IMG/VR virus record: IMGVR_UViG_3300037488_001694
Strand: one strand, 5' to 3'
DNA from: an uncultured virus (IMG/VR IMGVR_UViG_3300037488_001694)
Lineage: Duplodnaviria; Heunggongvirae; Uroviricota; Caudoviricetes
Length of the DNA: 64,000 bases
In this document: one piece after another, positions 39,218 to 49,939 of the stretch
Position numbering within the stretch: position 1 is the first letter of the stretch
Layout: each line of letters starts with the position of its first letter
Notes under the pieces: model-generated
Seen by the model: only the letters and a program-made list of their open reading frames with translations
Database searches by the model: none
Told to the model about the DNA's origin: nothing
Translations under genes and position numbers: made by a program

Positions 39218-39300
39218 ATATGATATTTTTAATTTTTTAACTACCTATTATTTAATAAGTATCAAAGTATTTATAATAATAAATATCTAAATATAGAATA

Positions 39301-39711
39301 ATGTCAAAAAATATTATTACCTTATCGGAAACAGACATACAAAGAATTGTTTTACGAGTATTAAATGAAAGTAAGCAATCTAATACGATATACGAAGATG
39401 TTCATGGTACAGTTGAAAATACTAACTTTGTATCTGACGATTTAATCAATGAGGCGGAATATCAAGGAAGAAAAGTCCAACTTGGTAAAATAATGCAAGG
39501 TGACATTAAAAAGTTTAAAGTTTATGTAAAGAACGATAAAGGAAAAGTTGTTAAAGTGAACTTTGGTTTTGGTGGAAAGTCCGCCAAAGGTAAAAGAATG
39601 GTTATTAAAAAGAATAACCCTGAAAGAAGAAGATCATTTAGAGCGAGACACAATTGTGACAATCCAGGCCCAAGATGGAAACCAAGATATTGGGCTTGTA
39701 GAACATGGTAA
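39301..39711 (+). CDS. tagged basic protein (VKVNFG...RRSFRARHNC...YWAC..W type)
   Basis: Tag plus INE junction followed by a basic domain. Confidence 0.88.
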   Translation: MSKNIITLSETDIQRIVLRVLNESKQSNTIYEDVHGTVENTNFVSDDLINEAEYQGRKVQLGKIMQGDIKKFKVYVKNDKGKVVKVNFGFGGKSAKGKRMVIKKNNPERRRSFRARHNCDNPGPRWKPRYWACRTW

Positions 39712-39717
39712 TTTTTA

Positions 39718-40686
39718 ATGAATATGAGATTTTTAATAACAGAAAATGAAAGAAACGATATAAGGAAATTATATGGGCTAATAACCGAGGCTCCAACAAC
39801 TCCATGTACCGTATTTAACGAAAAATCAAAAAATTTGGTTTATGATTATGATCAAATAGTTAACTCATATTCCGCATTAACAAAATCATCAGATACCAAT
39901 GTTATTTTTAATAAAATTAATGAGGATATTAATGCTAATGCCACCCAATATAAAACCGCCGGAATACCTGATAGAACATCCTGTCAAATTGCATTTGTAA
40001 AAATAAGACCACAGTTTAAAGGTAAGAAAACTATTGTAACAGATTCTTTAAATCAGTTAATATATTTATTTGATGAGAACTCTAATTTTGTTGCAAAAGA
40101 TCCATTGATCACCGGTAGATCAGAACAGATTTCTTCTGAGAAAGAAATTGCCGATATGACATACGATGAAAAGAAAGAATATCTTAAAAATACATTAAAA
40201 AGGGAACCCACAAATGATGAGATAATGAATTTGTCATCATTTTTAAATCCAGGAGCGTATAAAACAGGATCTGCAGTTACCGAACCGTCATATGCCGGAT
40301 CCGGAAAAAATATTAGTTATTTAAGTAAAGTTTCAGATGATAAATTAGTTGGGCCCGCGATTCACGGGGTAAAACCAACTAAAAATAGATTAAGAGCTTT
40401 ATTAACAGCAAAATCTAAAGTTGGAACACCATCAGAACAACCAAATGTTAAAAATGATTATATGAAAGGTTATGATAAATCTAATTTAGAATTATCTTCA
40501 GGTTGTTTAAATCTAAGTAAAGATTTTATTGACAAGTATGTTTTAACCATTGAGAATTCCTTCTTATTTAACATATCTGAAGATCAGGAAAATTATTATG
40601 TTAATAACTTTACTCCCTTATTGGATGCCACCAAATGTTATTCCCCCCAAAGTGTTGGAGGGATTAATGCCGATAATATTACTTAA
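39718..40686 (+). CDS. tagged L,D-transpeptidase (YkuD-like)
   Basis: ITGR...PG.Y...AIHG...SSGCLNL (His...SxGC). Confidence 0.75.
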   Translation: MNMRFLITENERNDIRKLYGLITEAPTTPCTVFNEKSKNLVYDYDQIVNSYSALTKSSDTNVIFNKINEDINANATQYKTAGIPDRTSCQIAFVKIRPQFKGKKTIVTDSLNQLIYLFDENSNFVAKDPLITGRSEQISSEKEIADMTYDEKKEYLKNTLKREPTNDEIMNLSSFLNPGAYKTGSAVTEPSYAGSGKNISYLSKVSDDKLVGPAIHGVKPTKNRLRALLTAKSKVGTPSEQPNVKNDYMKGYDKSNLELSSGCLNLSKDFIDKYVLTIENSFLFNISEDQENYYVNNFTPLLDATKCYSPQSVGGINADNIT

Positions 40687-41098
40687 TAAAAAGGTGTTTA
40701 TTTTCTTCAATTAGATTTGTTATTCTAATTCTTCCTTTTTCCCCAATTGGAATTGGGTTACCTTCTTCATCAATACGTACAAAACGAATGTTTGTTTTTA
40801 ATACAACGGCTTGGTTACCGGTATAAACGTTGTGAGCCCGTGCTTCCATATAAAGAGTAATGGAAGTATTGCCTAATTTGGCGGGAGAACCGTATATCTT
40901 TAATAACTGACCTTCTTTTGCTGGTTTCTCAAAATAACATTTGTCAATTGATACTGTAACCATTCTTGGTGAATCACAAAGTTGCATTGAATAACCCGCA
41001 GCTGCGGCATCAATCCAAGCCAATAATTTCCCCCCAAATAAATTCCCGTGAAATCCTAAATCTGATTTTTTAATGGGATGTGTGTTTAATAATTCCAT
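40679..41098 (-). CDS. acyl-CoA thioesterase (hotdog fold, YciA-like)
   Basis: DLGFHGNLFGGKLLAWID, VTVS, GNTS, FVRID..G.P. Confidence 0.92.
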   Translation of the reverse strand: MELLNTHPIKKSDLGFHGNLFGGKLLAWIDAAAAGYSMQLCDSPRMVTVSIDKCYFEKPAKEGQLLKIYGSPAKLGNTSITLYMEARAHNVYTGNQAVVLKTNIRFVRIDEEGNPIPIGEKGRIRITNLIEENKHLFIK

Positions 41099-41153
41099 AT
41101 ACTTTTTGTGAAAATATAATTACATTATATGATACAATCAACTATTTATTATT

Positions 41154-41780
41154 ATGAATTTAAAAGAAATTGTTAGAAAAGAACTTTTATCCGAACAGGG
41201 AAGAAAACGTGATGTGATCAGAAGAGTTATTAAAGATATTGTAACCGTTTTTAAGAATGAAGACGAGGGTGAATATTATCTACCTGAATATTTTGAAGAT
41301 AGAGATGAAATGGTTTATGATTTTATGACCATGGGGGAAAGTTTTACCGTTGAGATGATTATGGAGGTTAATGACGAGATTGATTCCTTTAAAGTTAATG
41401 CTGAGATCTATAATGACGATCATGCAATAAAACTTGTTATACAATATAACTCAGATCAAAAAAATCAAATATTATATGATTTGATTGGTGAGTTAAATGA
41501 AGTTATTGCTCATGAACTAAGACATATTGATCAGAACATTAGAGGTACGTTTGTTTCAAAATCATACAGAGGTAAAGATCCTGTTAAATACTATACTCAA
41601 CCAAAAGAATTAGATGCTCAAGTTTTTGGATTTAAAAGATTATCTAAATTAACAAGAAAACCATTTGATGAGGTAGTTATGAACTGGTTTGAAACTCATC
41701 GTGATATACACCAATTAGATGATAAGGGAATTAAGAAGGTTATAGATAAATTATTTGATTACGAAAGATTTGGGAGGTAA
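41154..41780 (+). CDS. tagged zinc metallopeptidase-like protein
   Basis: AHELRH.DQ...YY..P.E.DA. Confidence 0.8.
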   Translation: MNLKEIVRKELLSEQGRKRDVIRRVIKDIVTVFKNEDEGEYYLPEYFEDRDEMVYDFMTMGESFTVEMIMEVNDEIDSFKVNAEIYNDDHAIKLVIQYNSDQKNQILYDLIGELNEVIAHELRHIDQNIRGTFVSKSYRGKDPVKYYTQPKELDAQVFGFKRLSKLTRKPFDEVVMNWFETHRDIHQLDDKGIKKVIDKLFDYERFGR

Positions 41781-41781
41781 T

Positions 41782-42402
41782 TTAAGATTTAAATCTTTTA
41801 ATCAATTTCACAATTAATTCTTTAATGAAGATAGACGATACGGTTACCAATCCATAATTCATTATTCTATCAACCATCATATCAGGATCCACATTTTGAC
41901 CATTCCCCTGAACCAAATTATATATTTCAGGTAAAAGAGGGATTAAAAAAGTATAAGCCATCATATTACCGATTGAAGATATGGTTACACCCAAACTCTC
42001 AATAAAGTTTAAAAAAGTATTCTTAACTTGTTCCGCCATAGATAAAGCGTCATCAAATTCACCAATTAATTTTCTTTCTTTTATTAACTCTAATACTTTT
42101 GTTAGTTTTTCTTTATTTTCATTATAGTAAGTTAAAATAATTCCAACACTTATAAGGGCAACATCCGCATCTGTTAATGTTGGATTTTTATCTTCCATAT
42201 ATCTTGCGATTGGACCCATAAAACCTCCAATAGTTGCTCCCCAAGTTAAAAGGAAACCAAGGTCTAAACCAGTTTGTTTTTTTGCTGATGATAATACATT
42301 TTTACTAAAAGAAACCATATCTCTAATTTTACGATTCATACCTGAACCAATATTTTCAGCTAATATAATACTTTTTTGTGACTCTGTAATAATAATCTTC
42401 AT
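41782..42402 (-). CDS. tagged membrane protein
   Basis: MKIIITESQKSIILAE tag; several hydrophobic segments. Confidence 0.85.
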   Translation of the reverse strand: MKIIITESQKSIILAENIGSGMNRKIRDMVSFSKNVLSSAKKQTGLDLGFLLTWGATIGGFMGPIARYMEDKNPTLTDADVALISVGIILTYYNENKEKLTKVLELIKERKLIGEFDDALSMAEQVKNTFLNFIESLGVTISSIGNMMAYTFLIPLLPEIYNLVQGNGQNVDPDMMVDRIMNYGLVTVSSIFIKELIVKLIKRFKS

Positions 42403-42446
42403 AATAAATAAATATAACGTAATATTTATTTGTATATCAAAAAATT

Positions 42447-43151
42447 ATGGCAAAGCAAAAGTTATTAAAGAACGCACCTCTTGAAACCGGAGATAAAGTA
42501 GTATGTCTTAAAATGCAAGATGACTACGGTGTTCCTGGAGGTATTCCCGGTATTGTGAAAGGAGTATCCAATGTCTTTGGGGAAAATCAATATAACGTAA
42601 AATGGAAAAATGGATCTTCCTTGGCATTAATTGAGGGTGTTGATCAATGGTTAAAAGTTGTTGAGGAAGAAGAAAAAGAAGAAGATATCCAAGAGACAAG
42701 AGTTTTAACTAAAAAACAATTTTTAGAGGAAACAAGAAAAATAGAAAATATCCCACAAGAATATGTAAAATATTCAAGAATGTACGATATGAGAGAAATT
42801 AAAAAATTTTTGGATTTATTAAGAGAGTCGGGGGTTACAAATATGTATCAAGCAGCACCATATCTTTATTTAGGTAAAGAAAGAATTTCACATGAACATC
42901 ATTATGATGATATGGGTGAAGAAAAAGAAGAAATTTTTCAAGAACTTCTTGATCATGCTGAAGACGTAAGAAACGTTATGATCAGAGGGGCATTTAATCA
43001 CTTTGATAGTAAAAGAAGTGATGACGAGGGTGACGAAGACGATGATGATAGAAGATATTTACGTGGAGTTGAGGATATAATGAGAAGAGACTCACAAACT
43101 CTCCTTAAATTATGGATGTCTATGAAAAGCGGAAGCAGAGGAATGAGATAA
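42447..43151 (+). CDS. two-domain protein (SH3-like N-terminus, DUF4314-like; LRESGVTNMY motif)
   Basis: GDKV..LKM.D...G..G.V...VKW.NGSSLALI.G.D.W. Confidence 0.8.
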   Translation: MAKQKLLKNAPLETGDKVVCLKMQDDYGVPGGIPGIVKGVSNVFGENQYNVKWKNGSSLALIEGVDQWLKVVEEEEKEEDIQETRVLTKKQFLEETRKIENIPQEYVKYSRMYDMREIKKFLDLLRESGVTNMYQAAPYLYLGKERISHEHHYDDMGEEKEEIFQELLDHAEDVRNVMIRGAFNHFDSKRSDDEGDEDDDDRRYLRGVEDIMRRDSQTLLKLWMSMKSGSRGMR

Positions 43152-43178
43152 ACAAACTATTTATAATAAAAACAAATT

Positions 43179-43793
43179 ATGGGACAATATTTTTTCAAAA
43201 TGAGTCAAGCCGAAAAAAACGACATTCTTGACAAACACAAAACTATCTATGATGGTTATGTAACAGAATACGGACAACAAAGTAACACACAACCTTTATA
43301 TGTTCAAGATTACGCTAATGATAAAGAAGGTATGGTGGTATCTAACAAAGGTGTGGTTAAACCTTACACTAATATGGGTATTAATGAATCTCATACCGGA
43401 TTAGATATGATTGCCGATGATCCTGATCACTTAAAACATGGTACTGTTGATCTATCTGATTATGGTATTAATCCTGATCATGAAATGATGCATGATACTT
43501 ACCCATCGCCAAATGAAGATGAATTTGACTTCATTTCATTAGGTTTAATGAACGATGATGAGGATAATGATGAATTAGATGAGGAACACGGAACTTTTGA
43601 CCATATGTCCGATGAGTATGAAGATGAAGATCTTAATTATGGGTCTATGAAAAGAAAATATTACGATATAGACGACACAATGCCAACATTACCCGACTTT
43701 GTGGATGATGTGGAGGATGACATATTTCCAGATTTTATGGAAAAATTGAATGAATCATTGGATATGTTCAACAGATTTAAGAAATACAATTAA
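43179..43793 (+). CDS. tagged acidic protein
   Basis: MSQAEKNDILDKH tag variant; INE junction. Confidence 0.85.
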   Translation: MGQYFFKMSQAEKNDILDKHKTIYDGYVTEYGQQSNTQPLYVQDYANDKEGMVVSNKGVVKPYTNMGINESHTGLDMIADDPDHLKHGTVDLSDYGINPDHEMMHDTYPSPNEDEFDFISLGLMNDDEDNDELDEEHGTFDHMSDEYEDEDLNYGSMKRKYYDIDDTMPTLPDFVDDVEDDIFPDFMEKLNESLDMFNRFKKYN

Positions 43794-43834
43794 AATATTT
43801 CTTTATTAGCATATTTACTTAAAATTAGTGAATT

Positions 43835-44131
43835 ATGGAAATAAAAGAAATTGTATCGTATTACATTCATGAAAAGTCAAGAACACTTGAGGTATCATTT
43901 ACCTTAATAACGGATAGTGAAGATGAGGTTAGAAATGACATCATTAGTATATCAGAAGCCGAAGATTTCGGTTACAAATTAATACAAGACGATTTTGATA
44001 TATTTGAAGAGGAAGATTTTGAAATTGAAGATGATGAATTTGAATCTGTGGATGAAGAAATCTTGATGTCTTACCTGAATGAATATTATGTCGTTAATCC
44101 TGATAGATTACCGTCACCTGAATTATTTTAA
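43835..44131 (+). CDS. acidic hypothetical protein
   Basis: 98-aa ORF. Confidence 0.85.
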   Translation: MEIKEIVSYYIHEKSRTLEVSFTLITDSEDEVRNDIISISEAEDFGYKLIQDDFDIFEEEDFEIEDDEFESVDEEILMSYLNEYYVVNPDRLPSPELF

Positions 44132-44141
44132 GAGTTGGTTT

Positions 44142-44645
44142 TTACGGACCAACTCTTGTCATATAATACGTAAGTGAAACGTGTGGACCAGCGTTACCTG
44201 ATGACCACTGCCCCGTGGTTCTAACAACCAAACTCTCCAAACCATCATCCAATATTTTCCATCTTCGGTTGGTACCGTCACAATCAAATTCTAAATACCC
44301 AAGATCATATATACTAAATGGACCGTGAACGTAATAGTAATATTCTTTAGTCCAAGTTTTAGACCCATCTTGATTCGCAATTGGTTTAAATCTAATCATA
44401 CTATAATCTAAATGTAATGCAGTACCACCTATTATAATCGTATCTAACACATCTATTTCAGAATTATTGATATACATACCATCTAAATAGGTTTCAAACT
44501 CTAAGGTGTCCGTATTATCGGTTTTTTCGTAGGTTATTTTATCAATACGATATTCGCCACTTAAACTTAATAATTTTGGTTGTGTGTATTTCACACAAGA
44601 ACTCAAAATAAAAATATAGGAAATTAGGTAAAAAATACTTTTCAT
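44142..44645 (-). CDS. lipoprotein
   Basis: Start reassigned to MKSIFYLISYIFILSSC; TACCTTTG upstream (44674-44681, minus strand). Confidence 0.8.
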   Translation of the reverse strand: MKSIFYLISYIFILSSCVKYTQPKLLSLSGEYRIDKITYEKTDNTDTLEFETYLDGMYINNSEIDVLDTIIIGGTALHLDYSMIRFKPIANQDGSKTWTKEYYYYVHGPFSIYDLGYLEFDCDGTNRRWKILDDGLESLVVRTTGQWSSGNAGPHVSLTYYMTRVGP

Positions 44646-44719
44646 AATCATTTTATTTGTTAATATATAACTACAAAGGTAAAACATTTTTTTAGTTATA
44701 CAACTATTTATAAAGAAGT

Positions 44720-44962
44720 ATGGAAAATAATTTAGAAGATATATTATTTTTAATGGACAAATATACCTCATCTAATAATGAAGAATTAGGTGAACAAGAT
44801 GATGCTGCGGCCGCTTCAGGTGGTGGTGGAACTAGTGGATATCCTACAGTTACAAAATGGGAAACAGGTCTAGTAAGAAGTGTTGCCAATACAATTGATG
44901 ATAAAGTAACTTATAAATCACTTGATAAAATTGTTAGATCAAAGGCAAATACGTTACTATGA
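44720..44962 (+). CDS. small protein with LGE junction and KWETGLVR motif
   Basis: After TATTTATA; first gene of the 44.7-53.8 kb operon. Confidence 0.8.
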   Translation: MENNLEDILFLMDKYTSSNNEELGEQDDAAAASGGGGTSGYPTVTKWETGLVRSVANTIDDKVTYKSLDKIVRSKANTLL

Positions 44963-45966
44963 AAAATAATGAAGACATATTGAAAAGAATACTTCTTAAT
45001 ATGAAGTATGATCCAAAAAAAACATTAAATGAAAATAAACTAAATATTATTAGTGAAAATTCAAATAAATGTAGAAATGACTATTGGTGGAAAATGGAAA
45101 AAGCTGACCCAAACAACAAATCTTTACCTATTTGTTGGAATGGAGTGGATCCACTAAGTTGTGATTTACGAAAAACATTATCTAACTATAAATTACATAC
45201 CGCATTTTGTTCTGATATTGGGAATGTTAGATGTGGTTGGATAAAATATAAAAATCAATGTGCCTTTGGGGCTCAAGGGGGAGATTTTAAAAATACCTTT
45301 ATACCCGACACTAGTATGTTAAGAAACGAATCTATTGTAATATCCCCAATAACAAATAATGAATCTAACCTACGAGTAACTGTTTTTATTGAAAGAAAAA
45401 AGTTAATTGAAAATTTAAAAAAGTTACTAGGTAAAGGATTTACGTCACCTTATGTTGATTTACCAAGTTCAAAAGGTTTATTATATACAAGCCCATATGA
45501 TGACTCTAAAAGTACGGTTTTTTGGGAAATAGAAGTTGCTAGTGATCAATTGATACAAAGTGTACTTGGATTATTAAAAAATAACACATCAATCCCATTT
45601 GAAGAGTCTTCACAAGGGTCTAAATGGTTATACATAAATGATGTACCAAAAACACCCACAGTCAGAGATCAAATAAGTAAAGGGGGTTTTGATTTCCAAA
45701 AAGTTAAAGATGAATTTGGTTCTTCAGGAAGTTTAGCAGATAATACAAAACTTTTGGATGCTTGGAATTCAGGTTGGAGACCTGGTGAAGAGGTTCCCGA
45801 AAAATACCAAACAGAAAAATATGTTTTAAGTAAAAATAAAGGGACGGGCTCTCCAAACAACCCTTATAATCCGGATGAAGAATTTACTATTGTTAATAAT
45901 GGAGAATCTGAAGGAGATTCTTCTCTTGGTATAACTTTATATATGTCTGGATCAGGTGGAAATTAA
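44959..45966 (+). CDS. tagged hypothetical protein
   Basis: LKRILLNMKY...TLNE tag variant. Confidence 0.85.
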   Translation: MKNNEDILKRILLNMKYDPKKTLNENKLNIISENSNKCRNDYWWKMEKADPNNKSLPICWNGVDPLSCDLRKTLSNYKLHTAFCSDIGNVRCGWIKYKNQCAFGAQGGDFKNTFIPDTSMLRNESIVISPITNNESNLRVTVFIERKKLIENLKKLLGKGFTSPYVDLPSSKGLLYTSPYDDSKSTVFWEIEVASDQLIQSVLGLLKNNTSIPFEESSQGSKWLYINDVPKTPTVRDQISKGGFDFQKVKDEFGSSGSLADNTKLLDAWNSGWRPGEEVPEKYQTEKYVLSKNKGTGSPNNPYNPDEEFTIVNNGESEGDSSLGITLYMSGSGGN

Positions 45967-45980
45967 AAATATTGTGGAAA

Positions 45981-47735
45981 ATGGAAAAAGAACTTAATAG
46001 AATAAAACATTTAATGGGTCTTGGTGATAAGAAAAAAGTAAAAACATTACATATTAATGAAACAACAAAAATTAAATATTTAAACGAATCATTAGGTGGT
46101 AATAAAGGAGATGTTTTATATTATATATCAAAAGGTCTTGGGTTCACCGACGAGACGGCTCAAATTTTGGGTAAAAACGTTGATGATTTTTCAGAACAGG
46201 CTAAAGAAATAACTCAGGCCTTAGAAAAGGCCGGTCTTGATGATATAGGGAAGTTACAAGCAAAATTAAAATCCGCCGGAAATATAAATAGAACCACAGA
46301 TTTAACTTCATCTGAACTTGAACTAGCACTTAAAGAATATTTTAAACAACATCCGGAACAAGCAAAACAAATTTTAATGTCAACAACAAGTTTTACAGAT
46401 AAAGTAGTTTCGGTTATGTCAATAAAAGATATATTTTCAAAATATCCTGATATTATAGAGGGGTTGGAATTTGTCGTTAGCCCACAATTTAAACTTGATG
46501 AAACAAATGTTGATGTTTTAAAAAATAATTTAATGAACGTTATTAATGGTCTTGATAAATTACCACAGACAGGAAAAATAAAAGAAGTAACAGATTTAGT
46601 ACATTCAAAATTTGATGCTGCAAATTTAATGGATAATTTTAAAGGATCAAATAAAAAGGCAAGTTCAAATACTGAAGATTTTTCAAAAAATGTTAATAAT
46701 GATGATCTTATTAAGAGATTAAATGATAACGGTAAATTAAATTCAAGAGGATGGTATGAATTTGGTCCGGGTTTTAGACCAGAAGAAATGAGCGGTTGGA
46801 AATTCCATGTTTTTGGAGAAACCTTAGAGGATTCCGCATTTTTAATTGAAAAATTAAAACCTATTGCCGAAAAATATAGTGCTTCTGCCAAAGTAGGAGG
46901 ACCCGGTCCGGTGGAAAGAATAAGTGCTGGAAATAGTCCAGAACAAGCCGGTAAACAAGGGGCAAGTATTTATATACCACAATCCGTTATCAATAATGGA
47001 CAACAAGAATCTATGTTAAAAGATATTGAATCTGCATTAATCGGATATAAAAAAGGTGGGGTTATTTCTGGAGATAAATCAATAACACCATCCATTCATT
47101 ATAGATACGAATTAAATGGTCCTATAAAAGAAGGGGATATTAAAACTTATAATGATTATTCATTAAGATATGTTGATAATACGGGAGGACCATATAAACC
47201 GGAAAATGTGAATGACTTATTTTCAAAATCAACAAATAAATCAACAAATACCGTTAGTAATGGATTTTTAAGTTCCAAATTTGGAGATACCAGTAAAATA
47301 AATTGGAGCGTCATTGTAAATGCAAAAAATATATCGGATTACGATGTTATTATTGACAATGCCATGAAAACAGGTAATTTTAACACAATAACTAGGTTAG
47401 GATTTGAGGAGTATGGGATACCTGACTTTAGGAAGTATGTACAAAATATTTATAATAAAGAAAAAGGTATTAATAGTGTTACACCAAAAATTGACACTTA
47501 TAAAACAAATAGAGAATTATATGATTTGTATATGAAAGAAAATGACAAAGGTCCGATGTATGATTGGCTTGAAGGTTTATCTGACGACGAAATGAATGAT
47601 TTATATAAATATATTGAAGAAAATAAACTTAAATCAACACAAAAAAATAAAAGTAGTAATGTAAATTGGTCTGATATGCAGCCACCAAATCAACCTAGAA
47701 GTCCTTATGAAAGATATGGGGCTGGATCAAATTAA
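45981..47735 (+). CDS. tagged protein with LanKC/OspF-type phosphothreonine-lyase-like domain
   Basis: GWKFHV...KV...Q.GKQ.A.IY.P...GD......IHYRYE; start reassigned to MEKELNRIK. Confidence 0.65.
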   Translation: MEKELNRIKHLMGLGDKKKVKTLHINETTKIKYLNESLGGNKGDVLYYISKGLGFTDETAQILGKNVDDFSEQAKEITQALEKAGLDDIGKLQAKLKSAGNINRTTDLTSSELELALKEYFKQHPEQAKQILMSTTSFTDKVVSVMSIKDIFSKYPDIIEGLEFVVSPQFKLDETNVDVLKNNLMNVINGLDKLPQTGKIKEVTDLVHSKFDAANLMDNFKGSNKKASSNTEDFSKNVNNDDLIKRLNDNGKLNSRGWYEFGPGFRPEEMSGWKFHVFGETLEDSAFLIEKLKPIAEKYSASAKVGGPGPVERISAGNSPEQAGKQGASIYIPQSVINNGQQESMLKDIESALIGYKKGGVISGDKSITPSIHYRYELNGPIKEGDIKTYNDYSLRYVDNTGGPYKPENVNDLFSKSTNKSTNTVSNGFLSSKFGDTSKINWSVIVNAKNISDYDVIIDNAMKTGNFNTITRLGFEEYGIPDFRKYVQNIYNKEKGINSVTPKIDTYKTNRELYDLYMKENDKGPMYDWLEGLSDDEMNDLYKYIEENKLKSTQKNKSSNVNWSDMQPPNQPRSPYERYGAGSN

Positions 47736-47740
47736 AAAAT

Positions 47741-49879
47741 ATGGAAAAAAATATATTATTAGAACTTAAAAGAATTCAAAATTTAATGGGGGTTAATAAT
47801 GCAAACTCTAAAAATTTTATTCATGAAGATTCTTGGGCTCAAGAGAGACTACAACGAGCACGCGATTTGGAGGCATTAAAGAATGCCCCAAATAAGGGTA
47901 GTGTAACTGATAAAAAACAAAAAATAAATATAGGTAAAGATACTGATTATCCATTTATATATTATCAAGGTGTTCCTGAATTTGATACATTTCCGATTGT
48001 TGAGGGTTCTAAAATTTATAAAATAAAAGAAGGTATAACTTCTAAAGATTTAATTGAAGGGGTACAAGTTGGAACGGTAATTAATGAGTCTGGACAAGAA
48101 ATACCAAATCAAGAATATATTGTAAGAAGGGTAAGGAGAAAAAAACCGGACGGTACTTTTGTTGAAGAGGATAAAAAATTATGTTTACCAACTAAAGATT
48201 TTTGGTCTTTACCTGCGATGCAAGGTAAAGTATATAAATTTCAAGTACCATTAGAATCTACGGGTAGTGGATTTTCTATAAGTAGAATTAATTCCTACAC
48301 TAAAGAATTTGCAATGTTACTAGAATTAAAAAAATCCCAAACAAATGATGTTACACCTGAAGGTAAAGAAGTAAAACAAACATCAATACAGGCGGCAATT
48401 AAATGTAATGGAGGTGATAATGGATGGGGATTTGTTATAAGACCACCATTGTTCTTTAATGTTAAAACAAATGAAGGTTATAACCCTAAAAATCCTGAGG
48501 ATTTAGATGATAGATCTGAATGGGAGGTATGGTATTCTCATTATGGTGGATGGTTAGAAGTCGGTATTGGAGTTGCGGCCTCATTTATAGGTGCCGGATT
48601 AGCAAGTGCATTGTTAGAAATGGCGGCTGGATCCACAGGTGCTTTTTACTTGGCAATGTCGTCCACCTACGCAGGTGGAAGTACAACTATGGCTTCTGTT
48701 TTATTACAAGTCATTACTGAAGGAGTTATGATGGCACCATTGATTAATTGGCAACTTGCAAATAACAAGGAGGACGATGCTATGTTAAATACTTTATTTT
48801 TATTAATACCATTTGTGAGTGAAACTAAATCGGTTTCAAAATTCATAAGTGGTAAATACGGTAAAGAAGTTGCAAAAGATTTATCAGATAAAATGAGTCA
48901 AGTAGGTTTAAAAAGAATTTTTGACATGGCAAAAGCCGGTCAAACTACTGCTGTTATGGACTTCCAAGCGTTTATTAGTTCTTTAACTGGAACTGAATTG
49001 ATGATGTTTAATGAAGGGATGGCTATGTTCGCAACAAAAGAAGGTATGACATCATTTAAAGAAGGTTTCAAAGAAATGGTAAAAAGTGGGGGTGCATTAG
49101 AAAAAGAATGGTTAAGTGCCCAATCTAAAGAGGCTCAAGAAAGTGTTTTAGGTAGAATAGGAACAACATTCGGTAAAGAAACGGGTATGAGAGCTCATAA
49201 AGTTTCCAAAATTGCAAGTAAATATTTTAATCCATTAACAGCAAAAACTGTATTACCAGGTCAATTTGTAAGAATGGGTGTTCCGGTTGCAATTGTTGCG
49301 GCATCATTTAAAATGGGATATAAAGCGCTAACAGAAGAAGAAAAAATTAAGTTTAATACAAATTTAACTGGTTGGACAGATAATACCGAATATATTACAG
49401 CACTACAAAGTATTGATCCCTATTTTGTTGAATTAACAACAAATAGAGTGTTAGAAAAAATAACTTCAGATGAATCTACCGCAAAAAAATATGCCGGTAA
49501 TATAGATTGGACTACTGATCCTGAGTTAAAGAAAATATATGACCAAGCAGGTAAAGAGGTTATAGAGGAAAAAGGTAAACAATATGTTGAAAAGTTAGGA
49601 CCTAATTTTGGATCTACTTTAGCCACCTTAAAATTAAAAATGACATATATGGCATCTTGTGAGGAAAAATTATCTTTAATTGGTTTAACAATAAAAAAAT
49701 GGGAGATCATGGCAGAGGATTTAAGTTTATCGAGTGCAATAGTAACTAGTGACAAATCACCAAATGAATTTAAATTAGAAATTAAAAATACTAATGGTAA
49801 ACTTGAATTTTATATTAATGAGGTTTTAGTACCAGAAACAGATTTTACAAATAAGACATGGAAACCTAATAAGGAATAA
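47741..49879 (+). CDS. large tagged protein with central hydrophobic helices
   Basis: ELKRIQNLMG...IHE tag; Gly/Ala-rich TM-like stretch. Confidence 0.85.
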   Translation: MEKNILLELKRIQNLMGVNNANSKNFIHEDSWAQERLQRARDLEALKNAPNKGSVTDKKQKINIGKDTDYPFIYYQGVPEFDTFPIVEGSKIYKIKEGITSKDLIEGVQVGTVINESGQEIPNQEYIVRRVRRKKPDGTFVEEDKKLCLPTKDFWSLPAMQGKVYKFQVPLESTGSGFSISRINSYTKEFAMLLELKKSQTNDVTPEGKEVKQTSIQAAIKCNGGDNGWGFVIRPPLFFNVKTNEGYNPKNPEDLDDRSEWEVWYSHYGGWLEVGIGVAASFIGAGLASALLEMAAGSTGAFYLAMSSTYAGGSTTMASVLLQVITEGVMMAPLINWQLANNKEDDAMLNTLFLLIPFVSETKSVSKFISGKYGKEVAKDLSDKMSQVGLKRIFDMAKAGQTTAVMDFQAFISSLTGTELMMFNEGMAMFATKEGMTSFKEGFKEMVKSGGALEKEWLSAQSKEAQESVLGRIGTTFGKETGMRAHKVSKIASKYFNPLTAKTVLPGQFVRMGVPVAIVAASFKMGYKALTEEEKIKFNTNLTGWTDNTEYITALQSIDPYFVELTTNRVLEKITSDESTAKKYAGNIDWTTDPELKKIYDQAGKEVIEEKGKQYVEKLGPNFGSTLATLKLKMTYMASCEEKLSLIGLTIKKWEIMAEDLSLSSAIVTSDKSPNEFKLEIKNTNGKLEFYINEVLVPETDFTNKTWKPNKE

Positions 49880-49939
49880 CTTTTTATATAAAAAAAAGAA
49901 CATAAACAATAAATGATATATTTATAAAAAAAAAGAATT

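Noticed and set aside
45981..47735. Lanthipeptide biosynthetic cluster
   Set aside because: Only a lyase-like domain; no kinase, cyclase, precursor or transporter.
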